In this document: positions 16,436 to 26,180 of the stretch, piece by piece | How the letters are laid out: each line of letters starts with the position of its first letter | Numbering within the stretch: position 1 is the first letter of the stretch | Source: an uncultured bacterium | GTDB taxonomy: Bacteria; Acidobacteriota; UBA890 | Length of the DNA: 30,059 nt | Direction of reading: 5' to 3' | Assembly: GCA_937922775.1 (NCBI GenBank) | Contig: CALAKE010000485.1 | Location: forward strand, 1-30,059 | Translations under genes and position numbers: made by a program | The notes under the pieces: model-generated | What the model was told of the DNA's origin: nothing | What the model saw: only the letters and a program-made list of their open reading frames with translations | Database searches by the model: none

Positions 16436-17188
16436 TCAGGGCTCACCCAGCCCTTGTTCCAGATCAATGCCCAGGAGAGTCGCGAGTTCGAGTAGATCTG
16501 CGACGACAAAGTCGGGCACCTCGTCCGGCCGAGATGGCTCCACGGCGGCAAACTCGCCTCCGCTCATTCGTACTGTCCATATCCCAAGGCTGTTCGCATC
16601 ACGAATCTCGCCAACCACACGGTCCCCGACACACAGGCAATCCGACGGGTCAAGGGCAAAGCGATCCAGAATCCGTTGGAATACCGGCAACTTCGTTTCA
16701 CCTTCCAAGCTGTTCACGTAGGCGATGGCATGGAAGGTATCGGCGAAGCCCAGCCGATCGATCTTCCTTCTCTGTGTCTTCGGATTTCCCGCTGTGATCA
16801 AGAAGAGACTGCTGCCTCGTTCGCCCAGCTGGAGCAGCAGATGTCGACAGCCCGGCAGGGGCTCGAGATCAGGGACATCGGCAGCAAAGAAGGCAGTACG
16901 CGCCTCGTTCGCCACGAACGACAACGAGGCGTCGACGCAACCTTGGCTGAAGTGTTCCGCGGCAGCAACGAAGTAGTTGCCTCCTTGTGCGGCCTGCGCT
17001 TTGGAACGTAGGAAGTCGATGAGCTCAGCACGATCGGCCCGCAATCCCGTGCGACGCATTGCGTCCGCTGCGTCTTCCAGCGCCAGTTCGACGAGTTGTC
17101 CGGCGGTGTCGATCAGGGTGTCGTCGAGGTCGAAGAAGACGGCTGCAGGAGCAGCGGACAGAAAAGGCCAGCTCAGATTCTTGAACAT
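16436..17188 (-). CDS. HAD-family hydrolase
   Basis: Motif I DLDDTL, motif II ITAG, motif III Lys (ETK), motif IV VGDR..GEI; C-terminal PDFVVADL. Confidence 0.9.
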   Translation of the reverse strand: MFKNLSWPFLSAAPAAVFFDLDDTLIDTAGQLVELALEDAADAMRRTGLRADRAELIDFLRSKAQAAQGGNYFVAAAEHFSQGCVDASLSFVANEARTAFFAADVPDLEPLPGCRHLLLQLGERGSSLFLITAGNPKTQRRKIDRLGFADTFHAIAYVNSLEGETKLPVFQRILDRFALDPSDCLCVGDRVVGEIRDANSLGIWTVRMSGGEFAAVEPSRPDEVPDFVVADLLELATLLGIDLEQGLGEP

Positions 17189-17209
17189 GCTGGCTTCTTC
17201 AAGTGCATC

Positions 17210-19810
17210 CTAGACAGGTTTGGGGAGCAAGATGAGCTTGGCCCCCGGCACCTGTGCGGTGAAGACCTCGGCGAGGTGAGAGTGACAGGTGAAGGCAAGG
17301 ACCTGATGCCCTTCGGCCGCGAAGTCGCCGAGCAGTGTTGCGGCCGAAGCGGCCCTCCTGTCGTCGAAGTTGACCAAGATATCGTCAGCCACGAGTGGGA
17401 GAGGGACGGCCTGGTTGGCGTAGACGGCAGCCAAGGCAAGTCGCATGGCCAGGTAGAGCTGTTCGCTCGTGCCGCGCGAGAGAGCCTCAGGTCCCTTGCG
17501 CCGCCCACCCTTCTTTTCCTCGACCTCCAAACGCGTCTCTCCCAATGGCGCGAGCACGCGAGAGTATCGACCGTTGGTCATGGCTTCAAAGTAGCGACCG
17601 GCGAGCTTCAAAACCTCCGGTTGCCGCTGCTCCTCGTAGACTTGCTTGGCTAGATCGAAAAGGACGCCTGCGACCGTATGGACTGCCCACTCCTCGAGAT
17701 ACCCTGTGAGCTCCGAGCGCTTCTCCTCTCGAGCCTGCAGCAAATCGGACAACTCGGCATCTCCTTCGAGATGCGCCAGTCGCTCTCTGACTCCGCCGAG
17801 CTGCTCGTTCAGGCCATCACGTTGTGCTGAGGCTGCGGCCACCTCTCCCTCCGCGTCCTGCACCTGTCTTTCGATCTGGTCCGGATCGAGGCTCTCCAGG
17901 CGCGTCCGCAGGGCTTCCGGCCCCTCCTCCCCGGCAACGGCACGCAGGGCTGCACGCGCCTGAGCGTATTGGTCGACCACCGTGCGTAGGCGCATGCCCT
18001 GGTCCTCGGCTGCCTCGAGCTCGGCCTGCAGAGCCTCGAGCTCACCGAGCAGAGGCTCGACTGCTTCCTGTAGCCCGACCTGCAGTGAAATCTGGTCTCG
18101 GTGCAGACTTTCGAACAAGGCGTTCACCCGTCCGCATGCAACGGTAAGCTCGCTTGTCGCCTTCGCTGCATTGGCGGAAGATTCCCCGTGCCTCCGGTCC
18201 TGTTCCTGTGCCTCACGAATACGGTCGAGGAGATCGAGAGCGCCATCCGCGCCTAGGTCGACATCGAGACCTTGGCTCTTCAGCCACGCCTGCCACTTGT
18301 CCTCGATCTCCCTGAGCGACTGCTGGGCATCCTCATGCTGCGCCCACATGGTGGTCTCTCTATCCGCCGCCGCCAGGCGCTCGTTCCGCATCTGCTGCCG
18401 GCCGCGGTGGCGCAGCCACATCATGATGATGCCGGTCATGGCGCCAATGGTACCGACTGCGGATGTGGTAACCAGGCGAGCTACAGGCGGCACAACGACG
18501 GCGCTGATGAAGGTGAGAGCGACCGCCAAAGCCCAGGTCAGCATTACGGCTTCACGGCTCACCGGATCCCGCCGCGCTACGATGGTCTCGTACCCATCAT
18601 GAGCTTCAGCGGCGCGCCCAGAAATCGACTCGATTTCCGATTCGACCTGACGCATTTCCTCTGCAAACTGACGTATCTTCTCGCGCTCCTTGAGGCCCGT
18701 GGCTCTGGTGCGGATACGCTCGGCGTTCCACCCCTTGCCCAGGTCCTTGAGGTGGGTCTGTAGAGCCACATTCGCCGTATCTGCATCCGTGAGACCCTTC
18801 TGGATCGCGGCTCGCAACTCCCGCAAACGCGGGGCGGCGGCCAACAGAGTACGGATGCGACCGGACTCTCTGAGCAGAGCTCTCTGAGAAGGAGGCAGAA
18901 GCTCGGCGGGGTCCGACGTCTCGGGGTTCGGCCGCGTTCCCGGCGAGGCTACGTTCTCCTGACCGTCGCCTGCGTCTGTCTTCGTCTTGGCCGGTTCGCC
19001 ACCCGCCGCCGTCAGCGGCACTCCCAATGCCTTGAGCGCCGACTCTGCGGCCAGCAGATCCTCGTAGTCTCGCCAGGCGCGTTGGGCCCGACGAGCCGCG
19101 TCGAGCTGCGACTGGCGCGCGGCGATGATCAGATCCACCTCCGCTAGACGTTCGCCCAAGGAACGTCCCTGCTGCAGCAGGGTAGCGTGCTCCTCCGGCA
19201 GCTGTTGAAGCGGATCGATCTCCTTCTGCAGCGCACCGATCTCGAGGAGCTTCTCCGCGACCGCCTGTTTCCGCCCCCTCGGCAGGTACAGTCGGTCCCT
19301 TTCCTTGCGCAGCCACTGACGGAAGCCAATGGGGTCCTGGCCTCCACTCGCCATGCCGGCGCTATAGATGTGACCTGCGACCTCCTCCTTCTGCAGGGTG
19401 TCGAGGCGCTGCAGCTCCGTCAGACCGAAGGCAAAGACGTTCTCGAAGAGAACGTCGGTCGTGTTACGCAGCAGGTCGGCCAACTTACCTTCTGGGAGTG
19501 ACGATCCATCCTTGTCGCTGATATGCATTGACCCGGGCGAGGTGCCATCGGCACTTCGAGCAACTCGGTAGTAGTCGCCCTCGGCCTCGAAATCAATGTG
19601 TCCTCCGTGCTTGCCTCCCCGCAGTGGCTCATAGCGCTGCGGGTCGCTGCGACGGCGAAAGCCGAACAGGACCGAGCGGATGAAAGTCATCAGAGTCGTT
19701 TTGCCGCCCTCGTTGGGCGCCAGAAGGACGTTCAGCCCTGGGTCCAACTCCTCGAGGTCGAGATCCCGCCAGGTCCCGAAACCATCGATATGTATGCGGT
19801 TGAAGATCAT
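17210..19810 (-). CDS. YhaN-like AAA ATPase (Rad50/SbcC-like, coiled coil)
   Basis: Walker A APNEGGKTT, long coiled coil, signature LSRGTSEQLYLAMRLA, Walker B ADDILVNFDD, H-loop FTCH. Confidence 0.92.
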   Translation of the reverse strand: MIFNRIHIDGFGTWRDLDLEELDPGLNVLLAPNEGGKTTLMTFIRSVLFGFRRRSDPQRYEPLRGGKHGGHIDFEAEGDYYRVARSADGTSPGSMHISDKDGSSLPEGKLADLLRNTTDVLFENVFAFGLTELQRLDTLQKEEVAGHIYSAGMASGGQDPIGFRQWLRKERDRLYLPRGRKQAVAEKLLEIGALQKEIDPLQQLPEEHATLLQQGRSLGERLAEVDLIIAARQSQLDAARRAQRAWRDYEDLLAAESALKALGVPLTAAGGEPAKTKTDAGDGQENVASPGTRPNPETSDPAELLPPSQRALLRESGRIRTLLAAAPRLRELRAAIQKGLTDADTANVALQTHLKDLGKGWNAERIRTRATGLKEREKIRQFAEEMRQVESEIESISGRAAEAHDGYETIVARRDPVSREAVMLTWALAVALTFISAVVVPPVARLVTTSAVGTIGAMTGIIMMWLRHRGRQQMRNERLAAADRETTMWAQHEDAQQSLREIEDKWQAWLKSQGLDVDLGADGALDLLDRIREAQEQDRRHGESSANAAKATSELTVACGRVNALFESLHRDQISLQVGLQEAVEPLLGELEALQAELEAAEDQGMRLRTVVDQYAQARAALRAVAGEEGPEALRTRLESLDPDQIERQVQDAEGEVAAASAQRDGLNEQLGGVRERLAHLEGDAELSDLLQAREEKRSELTGYLEEWAVHTVAGVLFDLAKQVYEEQRQPEVLKLAGRYFEAMTNGRYSRVLAPLGETRLEVEEKKGGRRKGPEALSRGTSEQLYLAMRLALAAVYANQAVPLPLVADDILVNFDDRRAASAATLLGDFAAEGHQVLAFTCHSHLAEVFTAQVPGAKLILLPKPV

Positions 19811-19819
19811 GGCGACTCC

Positions 19820-21151
19820 CTAATCCTCTCCGCTTGCCAACCACTTGATCGCGAGGCTCTCCGCCGCTGCTATGAGGCGGGGCCAATCTGCGATGGTCCA
19901 AGGATCGCGCCCCAGCGCGGCGAGCACGCGACGATCTTCCAGCAACTCCGCGACCGCATCTCGCACGGCGGCGCTAGACTCGGGTTCGAGGCCGAAGAAG
20001 TTCCCTGTACCGATCTCATGCTCCGGAGGGGCAGGCGGCGAGGATCGGATTTCCTCCGCAAGACGCAACAGGTCGCCGAGGAGATCCGGCTGTTCTCGCA
20101 ATGAACGCATGTCACGCTCGGCCCGGGTTGCGAGATCCAGCTGCTCGACCCAGACCGTCCCGGGTTCCGCCGGGGAGGCGTGCTCTTCCCGCAGCGTCTC
20201 GGCGAGATCGTGGCCGGCCTCGGGCCGGTGAAGCTCGGAATGCAGTGGTCCCCCGCCGGTCAAGGTCCAGCGCAGGATGTGCAAGCATTCGCTCGCCTCC
20301 CCGACAATGGCGCTGGCGGTTTGACTGAATACCCCGAGCAGGTCGTCGATCGACTGCACTCCCTCTATGGAGGTCCGCAGCCGGTGCCAACGGACAACAT
20401 CCGACCAGATCGGGGTCAAGCTGACCGAGCCGCCGGATGTCACCTTCACCAACGTTCCCCCGCGCGGCCCCGTCTCGTTGATGTGCAGTCCTTGGGGGTT
20501 GCCGGGATAGTGAATGACGGGTTTCTCCCCGTGCAAAGTCTCGCGCTTGTGCACGTGGCCGAGAGCCCAGTAGTCGAAACGGCGAAATTTGAGATCCTGC
20601 AGCGAGCAAGGCGCGTAGGGAGCGTGTTCCGATCGGTCACCGACGCTCGCGTGCAGGACACCGATGGAGAAAGGACCCTCGGGTTCCACTGGAAAGCCAG
20701 CGGCGAGGTTTTCCTTGACCTCGGGACGGTTGAAGGAGACACCGTAGACGTGGGCCAGGGTTTCACCGTCGCGTACCAGGGGGATTGCCGAAACCTCGGA
20801 ACCGAAGAAATGAACTGATTCCGGATAGCGGATACTCGACAGCCAGCCGCCCATGGGGTCGTGATTTCCGGCGGTGACAAAGGTAGAAATACCGGCTTCG
20901 TGGAGACGAACGAGTTGGTCGCGCAGTTTGATTTGAGCGCGCAGGTTTCGGTCGGCGGCGTCGAACAGATCGCCCGCGATAATGAAGCCGGCAACCTTGT
21001 GCTCCACCGCCGCCGTGACGAGCCGGGTGAAGGCGGCTACCGGGGCGTCGCGGAGATGAGCGCCGAGCTCGGGCGAGAGGTTGGTCAAACCGCGGAAAGG
21101 GGCACCCAGGTGAACATCCGCACAATGCAGGAATGAGAACGGCTGCATCAA
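19820..21151 (-). CDS. YhaO-like metallophosphoesterase / DNA repair exonuclease (Mre11/SbcD-like)
   Basis: ADVHLG, AGDLFD, GNHD, LGHVH and PGNPQG motifs. Confidence 0.93.
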   Translation of the reverse strand: MMQPFSFLHCADVHLGAPFRGLTNLSPELGAHLRDAPVAAFTRLVTAAVEHKVAGFIIAGDLFDAADRNLRAQIKLRDQLVRLHEAGISTFVTAGNHDPMGGWLSSIRYPESVHFFGSEVSAIPLVRDGETLAHVYGVSFNRPEVKENLAAGFPVEPEGPFSIGVLHASVGDRSEHAPYAPCSLQDLKFRRFDYWALGHVHKRETLHGEKPVIHYPGNPQGLHINETGPRGGTLVKVTSGGSVSLTPIWSDVVRWHRLRTSIEGVQSIDDLLGVFSQTASAIVGEASECLHILRWTLTGGGPLHSELHRPEAGHDLAETLREEHASPAEPGTVWVEQLDLATRAERDMRSLREQPDLLGDLLRLAEEIRSSPPAPPEHEIGTGNFFGLEPESSAAVRDAVAELLEDRRVLAALGRDPWTIADWPRLIAAAESLAIKWLASGED

Positions 21152-21254
21152 ATCGCCCGTACCCAGCTACACGGAGGGACCCGCCCGCGGCTCACGCGGC
21201 GGCACCCTACCTGTTACCCGGACATGCTCCTGGAATCCCGCCGCCGGCAGGCGC

Positions 21255-21404
21255 CTAGGATTCCTTCTTATCCTGCTTGATCTGCGAACGCTTGGGACCG
21301 TGGCGCCGCCGGGCCTCTGCCCGCTCCTCGCTGCGCGCTCGCGTCTTGCCATGCGTTGACCGCCAGATCTTGCCTCGCCGGGTGCGTCGATCGCCCTTTC
21401 CCAC
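21255..21404 (-). CDS. thx: 30S ribosomal protein Thx (bS31/bTHX), 49 aa
   Basis: Translates MGKGDRRTRRGKIWRSTHGKTRARSEERAEARRRHGPKRSQIKQDKKES. The N-terminus matches the Thx signature GKGDxRTxRGKIWRG. GTG start with SD GGAG. Absent from the ORF track (under 60 aa). Confidence 0.92.
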   Translation of the reverse strand: MGKGDRRTRRGKIWRSTHGKTRARSEERAEARRRHGPKRSQIKQDKKES

Positions 21405-21675
21405 TGGCTACTCCAAAGCTCGGTTCTTCAGTTAACGATAGTTTTCAGGACTGCAACAGACACCGCCCGGCACGCATGAGCGTCCAATCTCCTCGTCCAA
21501 TAACGCAGAGATCAAACAGCGTCCGCCCGGAAAGACTGTCGCACGACGGTTGGGTCCACGGCAAGCCGTTGCTCGATCCAGGGTGATCCACAAGGATCAA
21601 CCCCCGGCGTCGGCGGGGCGGTGAGCGGTGCTCGCCTGACCCTGCTACGCCGGGGGTCCGCCGCTGACTCCCCTC

Positions 21676-22677
21676 CTAGTAGTCGATTCTCATCCGCTTG
21701 GACCGATCGGGCGCGGCGTCGGGCGCGTCTCCGGTCGCAGGTTTCGCGGCATCGCCCTCCGCATCGTCTCCATCATCGGGCCGGAAGAGGTCTCCGATGC
21801 CGCCGATAGCGCCGAGGACACCGGACGTTTCGAGCGGTAGGTAGATCTTGCTGGCCTTGCCGTCGGCAATCGCCTGCAGTGCCTCGAGGTACTTGATGGC
21901 GATCAGGTCGTTGGTGGGGTCGCCCTCGTGGATCGCGCCATAGACGCTGGCGATCGCCTGCGCTTCGCCCTCGGCAATCGCGATCTTCTCGTATTTGTGC
22001 GCGTCGGCGACGGTCTGAATTGCCTCCGCCTCGCCCTGGGCCTTGAGGATCTGCGACTGCCTGTCGCCGGTGGCGCGTTCGATCTGTGACTGCTTGTCGC
22101 CTTCCGCCTCCAAGATCATGGCCCGACGCTCACGCTCCGCCTTCATCTGCCGGTGCATGGCCTCGGTGACGTCCTTGGGCGGATCGATACGTTGGATCTC
22201 GACCCGCACCACGCGGGTGCCCCACTTGTCGGTCGCCTGATCGAGGATCTTGCGCAGCTCTGCGTTGATTTTCTCGCGTGAGGTAAGCGTGTCGTCGAGG
22301 CTCATCTCGCCGACGACGTTACGAAGGTTGGTCTGAGCCAACTTCGTCGCCGCAGTCCAGAAGTCTGCGACGTTGTAGATCAGCTTCACAGGGTCCGTCG
22401 CCTCGTAGTAGACGACCGCGTCCACTGTGACGACGACGTTGTCCCTGGTGATGACTTCCTGTGGCGGTACGTCGACAACCTGCTCCCGCATGTCGACCTT
22501 ACGCATGCTATCGAGGATCGGAATGATCAGCGTAATGCCGCTATCGGCGGTCCGCAGATACTTTCCGAGGCGCTCGACGACGCCCTTCTGGTACGGCCGC
22601 ACGACACGTACACCCGTCGCCGCGAAAATGACGACGACAACCGCGATGACCATCAAAAAGACGACTGGACCGGGCAT
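21676..22677 (-). CDS. SPFH/stomatin (QmcA-like) membrane protein
   Basis: N-terminal [30 protein letters not shown] and [13 protein letters not shown] coiled coil. Confidence 0.95.
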   Translation of the reverse strand: MPGPVVFLMVIAVVVVIFAATGVRVVRPYQKGVVERLGKYLRTADSGITLIIPILDSMRKVDMREQVVDVPPQEVITRDNVVVTVDAVVYYEATDPVKLIYNVADFWTAATKLAQTNLRNVVGEMSLDDTLTSREKINAELRKILDQATDKWGTRVVRVEIQRIDPPKDVTEAMHRQMKAERERRAMILEAEGDKQSQIERATGDRQSQILKAQGEAEAIQTVADAHKYEKIAIAEGEAQAIASVYGAIHEGDPTNDLIAIKYLEALQAIADGKASKIYLPLETSGVLGAIGGIGDLFRPDDGDDAEGDAAKPATGDAPDAAPDRSKRMRIDY

Positions 22678-23153
22678 TATGCACCTCCCCCGCTACCCCC
22701 GTCGGGCTGCACTGATCTAGGCCGCACCACGAGGTGAGTTCCATCTACCCTGAGTACTTCGACGCTAACGCCCTCCGGAATCCTCTCCTCTCCCTCCGAC
22801 GCCGCACGCCACTCCTCGCTACCGATGCGCACTAGCCCGGTGAAACCGTGCGGCTGCACCTCCTCGAGAACGAGGCCGACCTTGTCGAGCACACGGTCGC
22901 CCGCAACCCGCAGATCGGCTCCTTCGGTGACGCGATCAGCAAACCGTTTCAACAGCAGGAGAAACGGTATCGAGACGATCAGGAAGATGGCCCACTGCCA
23001 GACCAGGCCAAAACCTGCCCAGGCGAAAAGCGCCGCCGCGGCCGCTCCGATACCGAACGGAAGAATGAAGAAACCGGCAGTGAAGATCTCACCAACGACG
23101 AGGAGTGCGGACAGGATCACCCAAAACCATGTCCAGGACAGCTCGAATCCCAT
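22677..23153 (-). CDS. NfeD-like C-terminal OB-fold membrane protein
   Basis: Hydrophobic N-terminus, [12 protein letters not shown] and [13 protein letters not shown]; stop overlaps the SPFH start. Confidence 0.92.
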   Translation of the reverse strand: MGFELSWTWFWVILSALLVVGEIFTAGFFILPFGIGAAAAALFAWAGFGLVWQWAIFLIVSIPFLLLLKRFADRVTEGADLRVAGDRVLDKVGLVLEEVQPHGFTGLVRIGSEEWRAASEGEERIPEGVSVEVLRVDGTHLVVRPRSVQPDGGSGGGA

Positions 23154-23407
23154 CGTGTTCTCCTTAGGATGTCGGGCAAGCTGCCAACTTCATGCTGGCG
23201 GCGCTACACCCGCTCATTTCCTGTCACTTGCTTCGTCGTTCGCGCTCTCTATACGGGATGTGCCGCAACGGATTGGATTCTTCCGCTTCCGCTGATCTCC
23301 GCGCAGGCTACGGGCGCGAACGGCTGAAATTCCAGGGTATTGCCGGCCGTAAAACCTCACAACCGAAGGGTAAGGAAACCGAGGGGCAGATTGTGAGACC
23401 TTGGTTG

Positions 23408-23435
23408 TTGCCAGCCGCGTAGTGCACAGTAGGAT
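23408..23435 (+). promoter_or_regulatory. Possible sigma70-type promoter for lemA
   Basis: TTGCCA-16-TAGGAT about 40 bp upstream of the lemA start. Confidence 0.35.
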
Positions 23436-23474
23436 GGTGCAGCGAATTACATCCAATAACAGGAGGTGACCAGA

Positions 23475-24044
23475 ATGGGTGGTTTCTTCGGGGGGTTCCT
23501 AGTCCTGCTGGGATTGGCGGCCGCTGTCGCGTTCTTCCTCATTGGCATCTACAACCGTCTCGTGAAGCTGCGCGTGAGCACGGAGGACGGTTGGAGCTCG
23601 ATCGATGTGCAGCTGAAGCGTCGCTACGATCTCATCCCCAACCTGGTGGAGACGGTCAAGGCGTACGCCAAACACGAACGCGAGACCCTCGAGAACGTGG
23701 TCAAGGCTCGCCAGGCGGGAATCGACGCGAAGGGCGTCAAGGAGCAGGCTCAGGCTGAGAACATGATCACCGGCGCTTTGCGGCAACTCTTCGCCTTGTC
23801 TGAGGCCTATCCTGATCTAAAGGCCAACCAGAATTTCGGCCAGCTACAGGAAGAGCTTTCCACCACTGAGAACAAGATCGCCTTCGCCCGGCAGCACTAC
23901 AACGACACCGTCAGGCGCTACAACGGTACGCTGCAAAGCTTTCCTACGAACGTCATCGGAGGCATGTTCGGTTTCCAGAACAGGGACTTCTTCGAGATGG
24001 AAGACGAGGCACAGCGCGAGGCGCCAAAAGTCAGCTTCGAGTAG
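23475..24044 (+). CDS. lemA: LemA family protein
   Basis: YNRLVKLR, IDVQLKRRYDLIPNLVETVKAY, EAYPDLKANQNF, ENKIAFARQHYN; SD AGGAGG before ATG 23475. Confidence 0.96.
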   Translation: MGGFFGGFLVLLGLAAAVAFFLIGIYNRLVKLRVSTEDGWSSIDVQLKRRYDLIPNLVETVKAYAKHERETLENVVKARQAGIDAKGVKEQAQAENMITGALRQLFALSEAYPDLKANQNFGQLQEELSTTENKIAFARQHYNDTVRRYNGTLQSFPTNVIGGMFGFQNRDFFEMEDEAQREAPKVSFE

Positions 24045-24060
24045 CCCCGATTGGGAAAGC

Positions 24061-24456
24061 CTACGCCGGAGGAAGGGCTGCGACATGCGGGGCAGCGACG
24101 CGGCTGATATCCGAATCGAAACAGATCGCCAGGTCGAACCCGTCGTCCTGATCGTTGCAGCGGACGACCTTGCCTCGCAGGAGCTTCGGCAACAGCGCCG
24201 GACGACGCGGGCGCACGGCGACCATCGCCTTGGAGCCAACGGGAATCTCCTCATCGGTGCTGATGAGGACCCCGAGGCGGCTGACATTTGCGGTCATGCC
24301 AAAAGCGTGAATGAGTGTCAGATCGCTGTCGTAACCGTAGATTTCCACGTCGACCTGCAAAGGTCGCCGAGGGGCCCTTCTACGGTCACGCCCGGTGGCC
24401 TCGGCGGGTGGATCGACGGCACTGACACCTGCCGAAAAGGTCGTCGTGTCGGACAT
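24061..24456 (-). CDS. PilZ domain protein
   Basis: RRAPR (RxxxR) and NVSRLG ((D/N)xSxxG) motifs, plus RGKVVRC and LAICF strands. Start could be 24549. Confidence 0.8.
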   Translation of the reverse strand: MSDTTTFSAGVSAVDPPAEATGRDRRRAPRRPLQVDVEIYGYDSDLTLIHAFGMTANVSRLGVLISTDEEIPVGSKAMVAVRPRRPALLPKLLRGKVVRCNDQDDGFDLAICFDSDISRVAAPHVAALPPA

Positions 24457-24609
24457 TCGACGTTCGTTTCCTCGTGGCCTCTCCCAAGACTCCACTTTGG
24501 CCACAATTCCTTGCGAATCGATTTTCTTGAGCGCCTGTCGTCCGTTCATCTCATCCCCTTTGGGCGCTCACATAACGACCCTACCGAAGATTTTTCGATC
24601 TGAATAGCC

Positions 24610-25551
24610 ATGTCAGACTTCAGCGACCTCACATACCACGACCTGATCGCGGCCAATCGTCGCAACAGCGCACTACTCGTTGCCGGATTTGTACTGTTCG
24701 TGGGGCTTCTCGCCGGAGTGCTGTCGGCTGCCTTCCTCGGGGGTGACCCCGCGGCCGGAATCAGTGCCGGCGTACTGGCGCTTGTCATCGCCGGACTGAT
24801 GGCCGTATGGAGTTATTACGGCGGAGGCAGCGCGATCCTGAGGATGAGTGGCGCACGCCTGATCGAGAAGAAGGATGATCCGCAACTCTACAACGTAGTC
24901 GATGAGATGGCGATCGCCGCCGGAGTGCCGCCACCGCCAGTCTACTTGATCGACGATACGGCGCTTAATGCCTTCGCCACAGGCCGCGATCCTGACCATG
25001 CGGCATTGGCGATTACCAAGGGCCTGCGCGCGAAGCTCACTCGTGGCGAGCTCCAATCCGTGATCGCCCACGAAATGTCACACGTGCGACATTTCGACAT
25101 CCGTCTGGCCATGTTGCTCGCTACCCTCGTGGGGGTCGTGGTCCTGCTGACCGATTTTTTCCGTCGCGGCCTCTTCTGGACCGGCGGCGGGCGGCGCAGC
25201 AGTGGTCGCGACGGGGGAGGGCCGGCGGGGCTGGTGATTCTCGTTGTGGCTATTTTGCTTTCGATCCTCGCGCCCATGATTGCCAGGGTCATTCAACTGG
25301 CGGCCTCCCGGCAACGTGAGTACCTGGCGGATGCTGGTGCTGTGGAGCTGACCCGTGATCCGGACTCGATGATATCCGCGCTCAAGAAGCTCGGCGGAGA
25401 TCGTGAAGTTTTGGAGGTTGCCAATCGCGCCACTGCGCACCTCTTTATCGTGCAGCCGATCAAGAAGTTCGAGGCGCGCGCCAAGGGTATGTTTTCCACC
25501 CACCCGCCGCTCGAGGACCGGATCAAGAGGCTTGAAGCACTCCTCCGCTGA
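24610..25551 (+). CDS. htpX: HtpX-like M48 zinc metalloprotease
   Basis: NAFATG, HEMSH (HExxH), SRQREYLADAGAV, FSTHPPLEDRI and TM segments. Confidence 0.93.
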   Translation: MSDFSDLTYHDLIAANRRNSALLVAGFVLFVGLLAGVLSAAFLGGDPAAGISAGVLALVIAGLMAVWSYYGGGSAILRMSGARLIEKKDDPQLYNVVDEMAIAAGVPPPPVYLIDDTALNAFATGRDPDHAALAITKGLRAKLTRGELQSVIAHEMSHVRHFDIRLAMLLATLVGVVVLLTDFFRRGLFWTGGGRRSSGRDGGGPAGLVILVVAILLSILAPMIARVIQLAASRQREYLADAGAVELTRDPDSMISALKKLGGDREVLEVANRATAHLFIVQPIKKFEARAKGMFSTHPPLEDRIKRLEALLR

Positions 25552-25796
25552 CCCGCGGCCCCGATCTCTCGGCGTACCTCTCGACGAGAACCCGCGCGTC
25601 GAGCGCGTGTCAACTCGTGCGAAGGCGCATGATCTAGTTCGCCCCGAGCCAATTTACGTCTTTGTCAGTATGCGAAAGGTGGGTTAATGTTTTGTGCTGA
25701 CAGCTGGGAAGAGAGGACTCTTCCGCCCACTAGCAGATCCTTGTCTGTCACCCTGAGTAATCCTGCGTCAGAAACCTGGGAAGGGAGCGCGCCGAA

Positions 25797-26180
25797 GTGA
25801 CTGAGGATCGTTCGGGTAACGGTGAGAAACGAGAGCATGAGCGCTTTCCGAAGAAGCTCTCAGTCGAGGTTCATGTTTTCATTTTGCCCGAGGGTCCCGC
25901 CGATCCCGGTTACGAGGCCAGAGGGCGCACGATCGACATCGGCCAAGGTGGCGTGTTGTTGCGTCTCGACAAGGAAGTGCGGGAGGGTCACAAGGTGCGC
26001 TTGCGGTTCTGGGAGATGCCACCGGGGGTTCGCCTCTGGCCGATGATGGTTTCAGGCTCGATCCTGCGTCTGGAGCAGGGCGAGTTGCCGTCGAAGGAAG
26101 GTACGATCGGCGCGGGTAGCCTATTGGCTATCGAGTTTACCGAGCCGCTTTCAGAGCTCGACGTTCCTGGGACAGCGTAG
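25797..26180 (+). CDS. PilZ domain protein
   Basis: REHER (RxxxR) and DIGQGG (DxSxxG variant); LAIEFT terminal strand. Confidence 0.75.
   Translation: MTEDRSGNGEKREHERFPKKLSVEVHVFILPEGPADPGYEARGRTIDIGQGGVLLRLDKEVREGHKVRLRFWEMPPGVRLWPMMVSGSILRLEQGELPSKEGTIGAGSLLAIEFTEPLSELDVPGTA

Noticed and set aside
21405-21620. Hairpins upstream of thx (G-CUUG-C tetraloop at 21558-21569, stem at 21580-21605, CGTCCAAT direct repeat at 21481 and 21494) as 6S RNA, tmRNA or a leader
   Set aside because: No end-to-end 6S rod or tRNA-like ends. Short GC-rich stems are expected by chance, and they could simply terminate the SPFH operon.
25552-25796. c-di-GMP riboswitch ahead of the second PilZ gene
   Set aside because: The GEMM core motifs (GCAAA, GACGCAAA, tetraloop/receptor) are not present.
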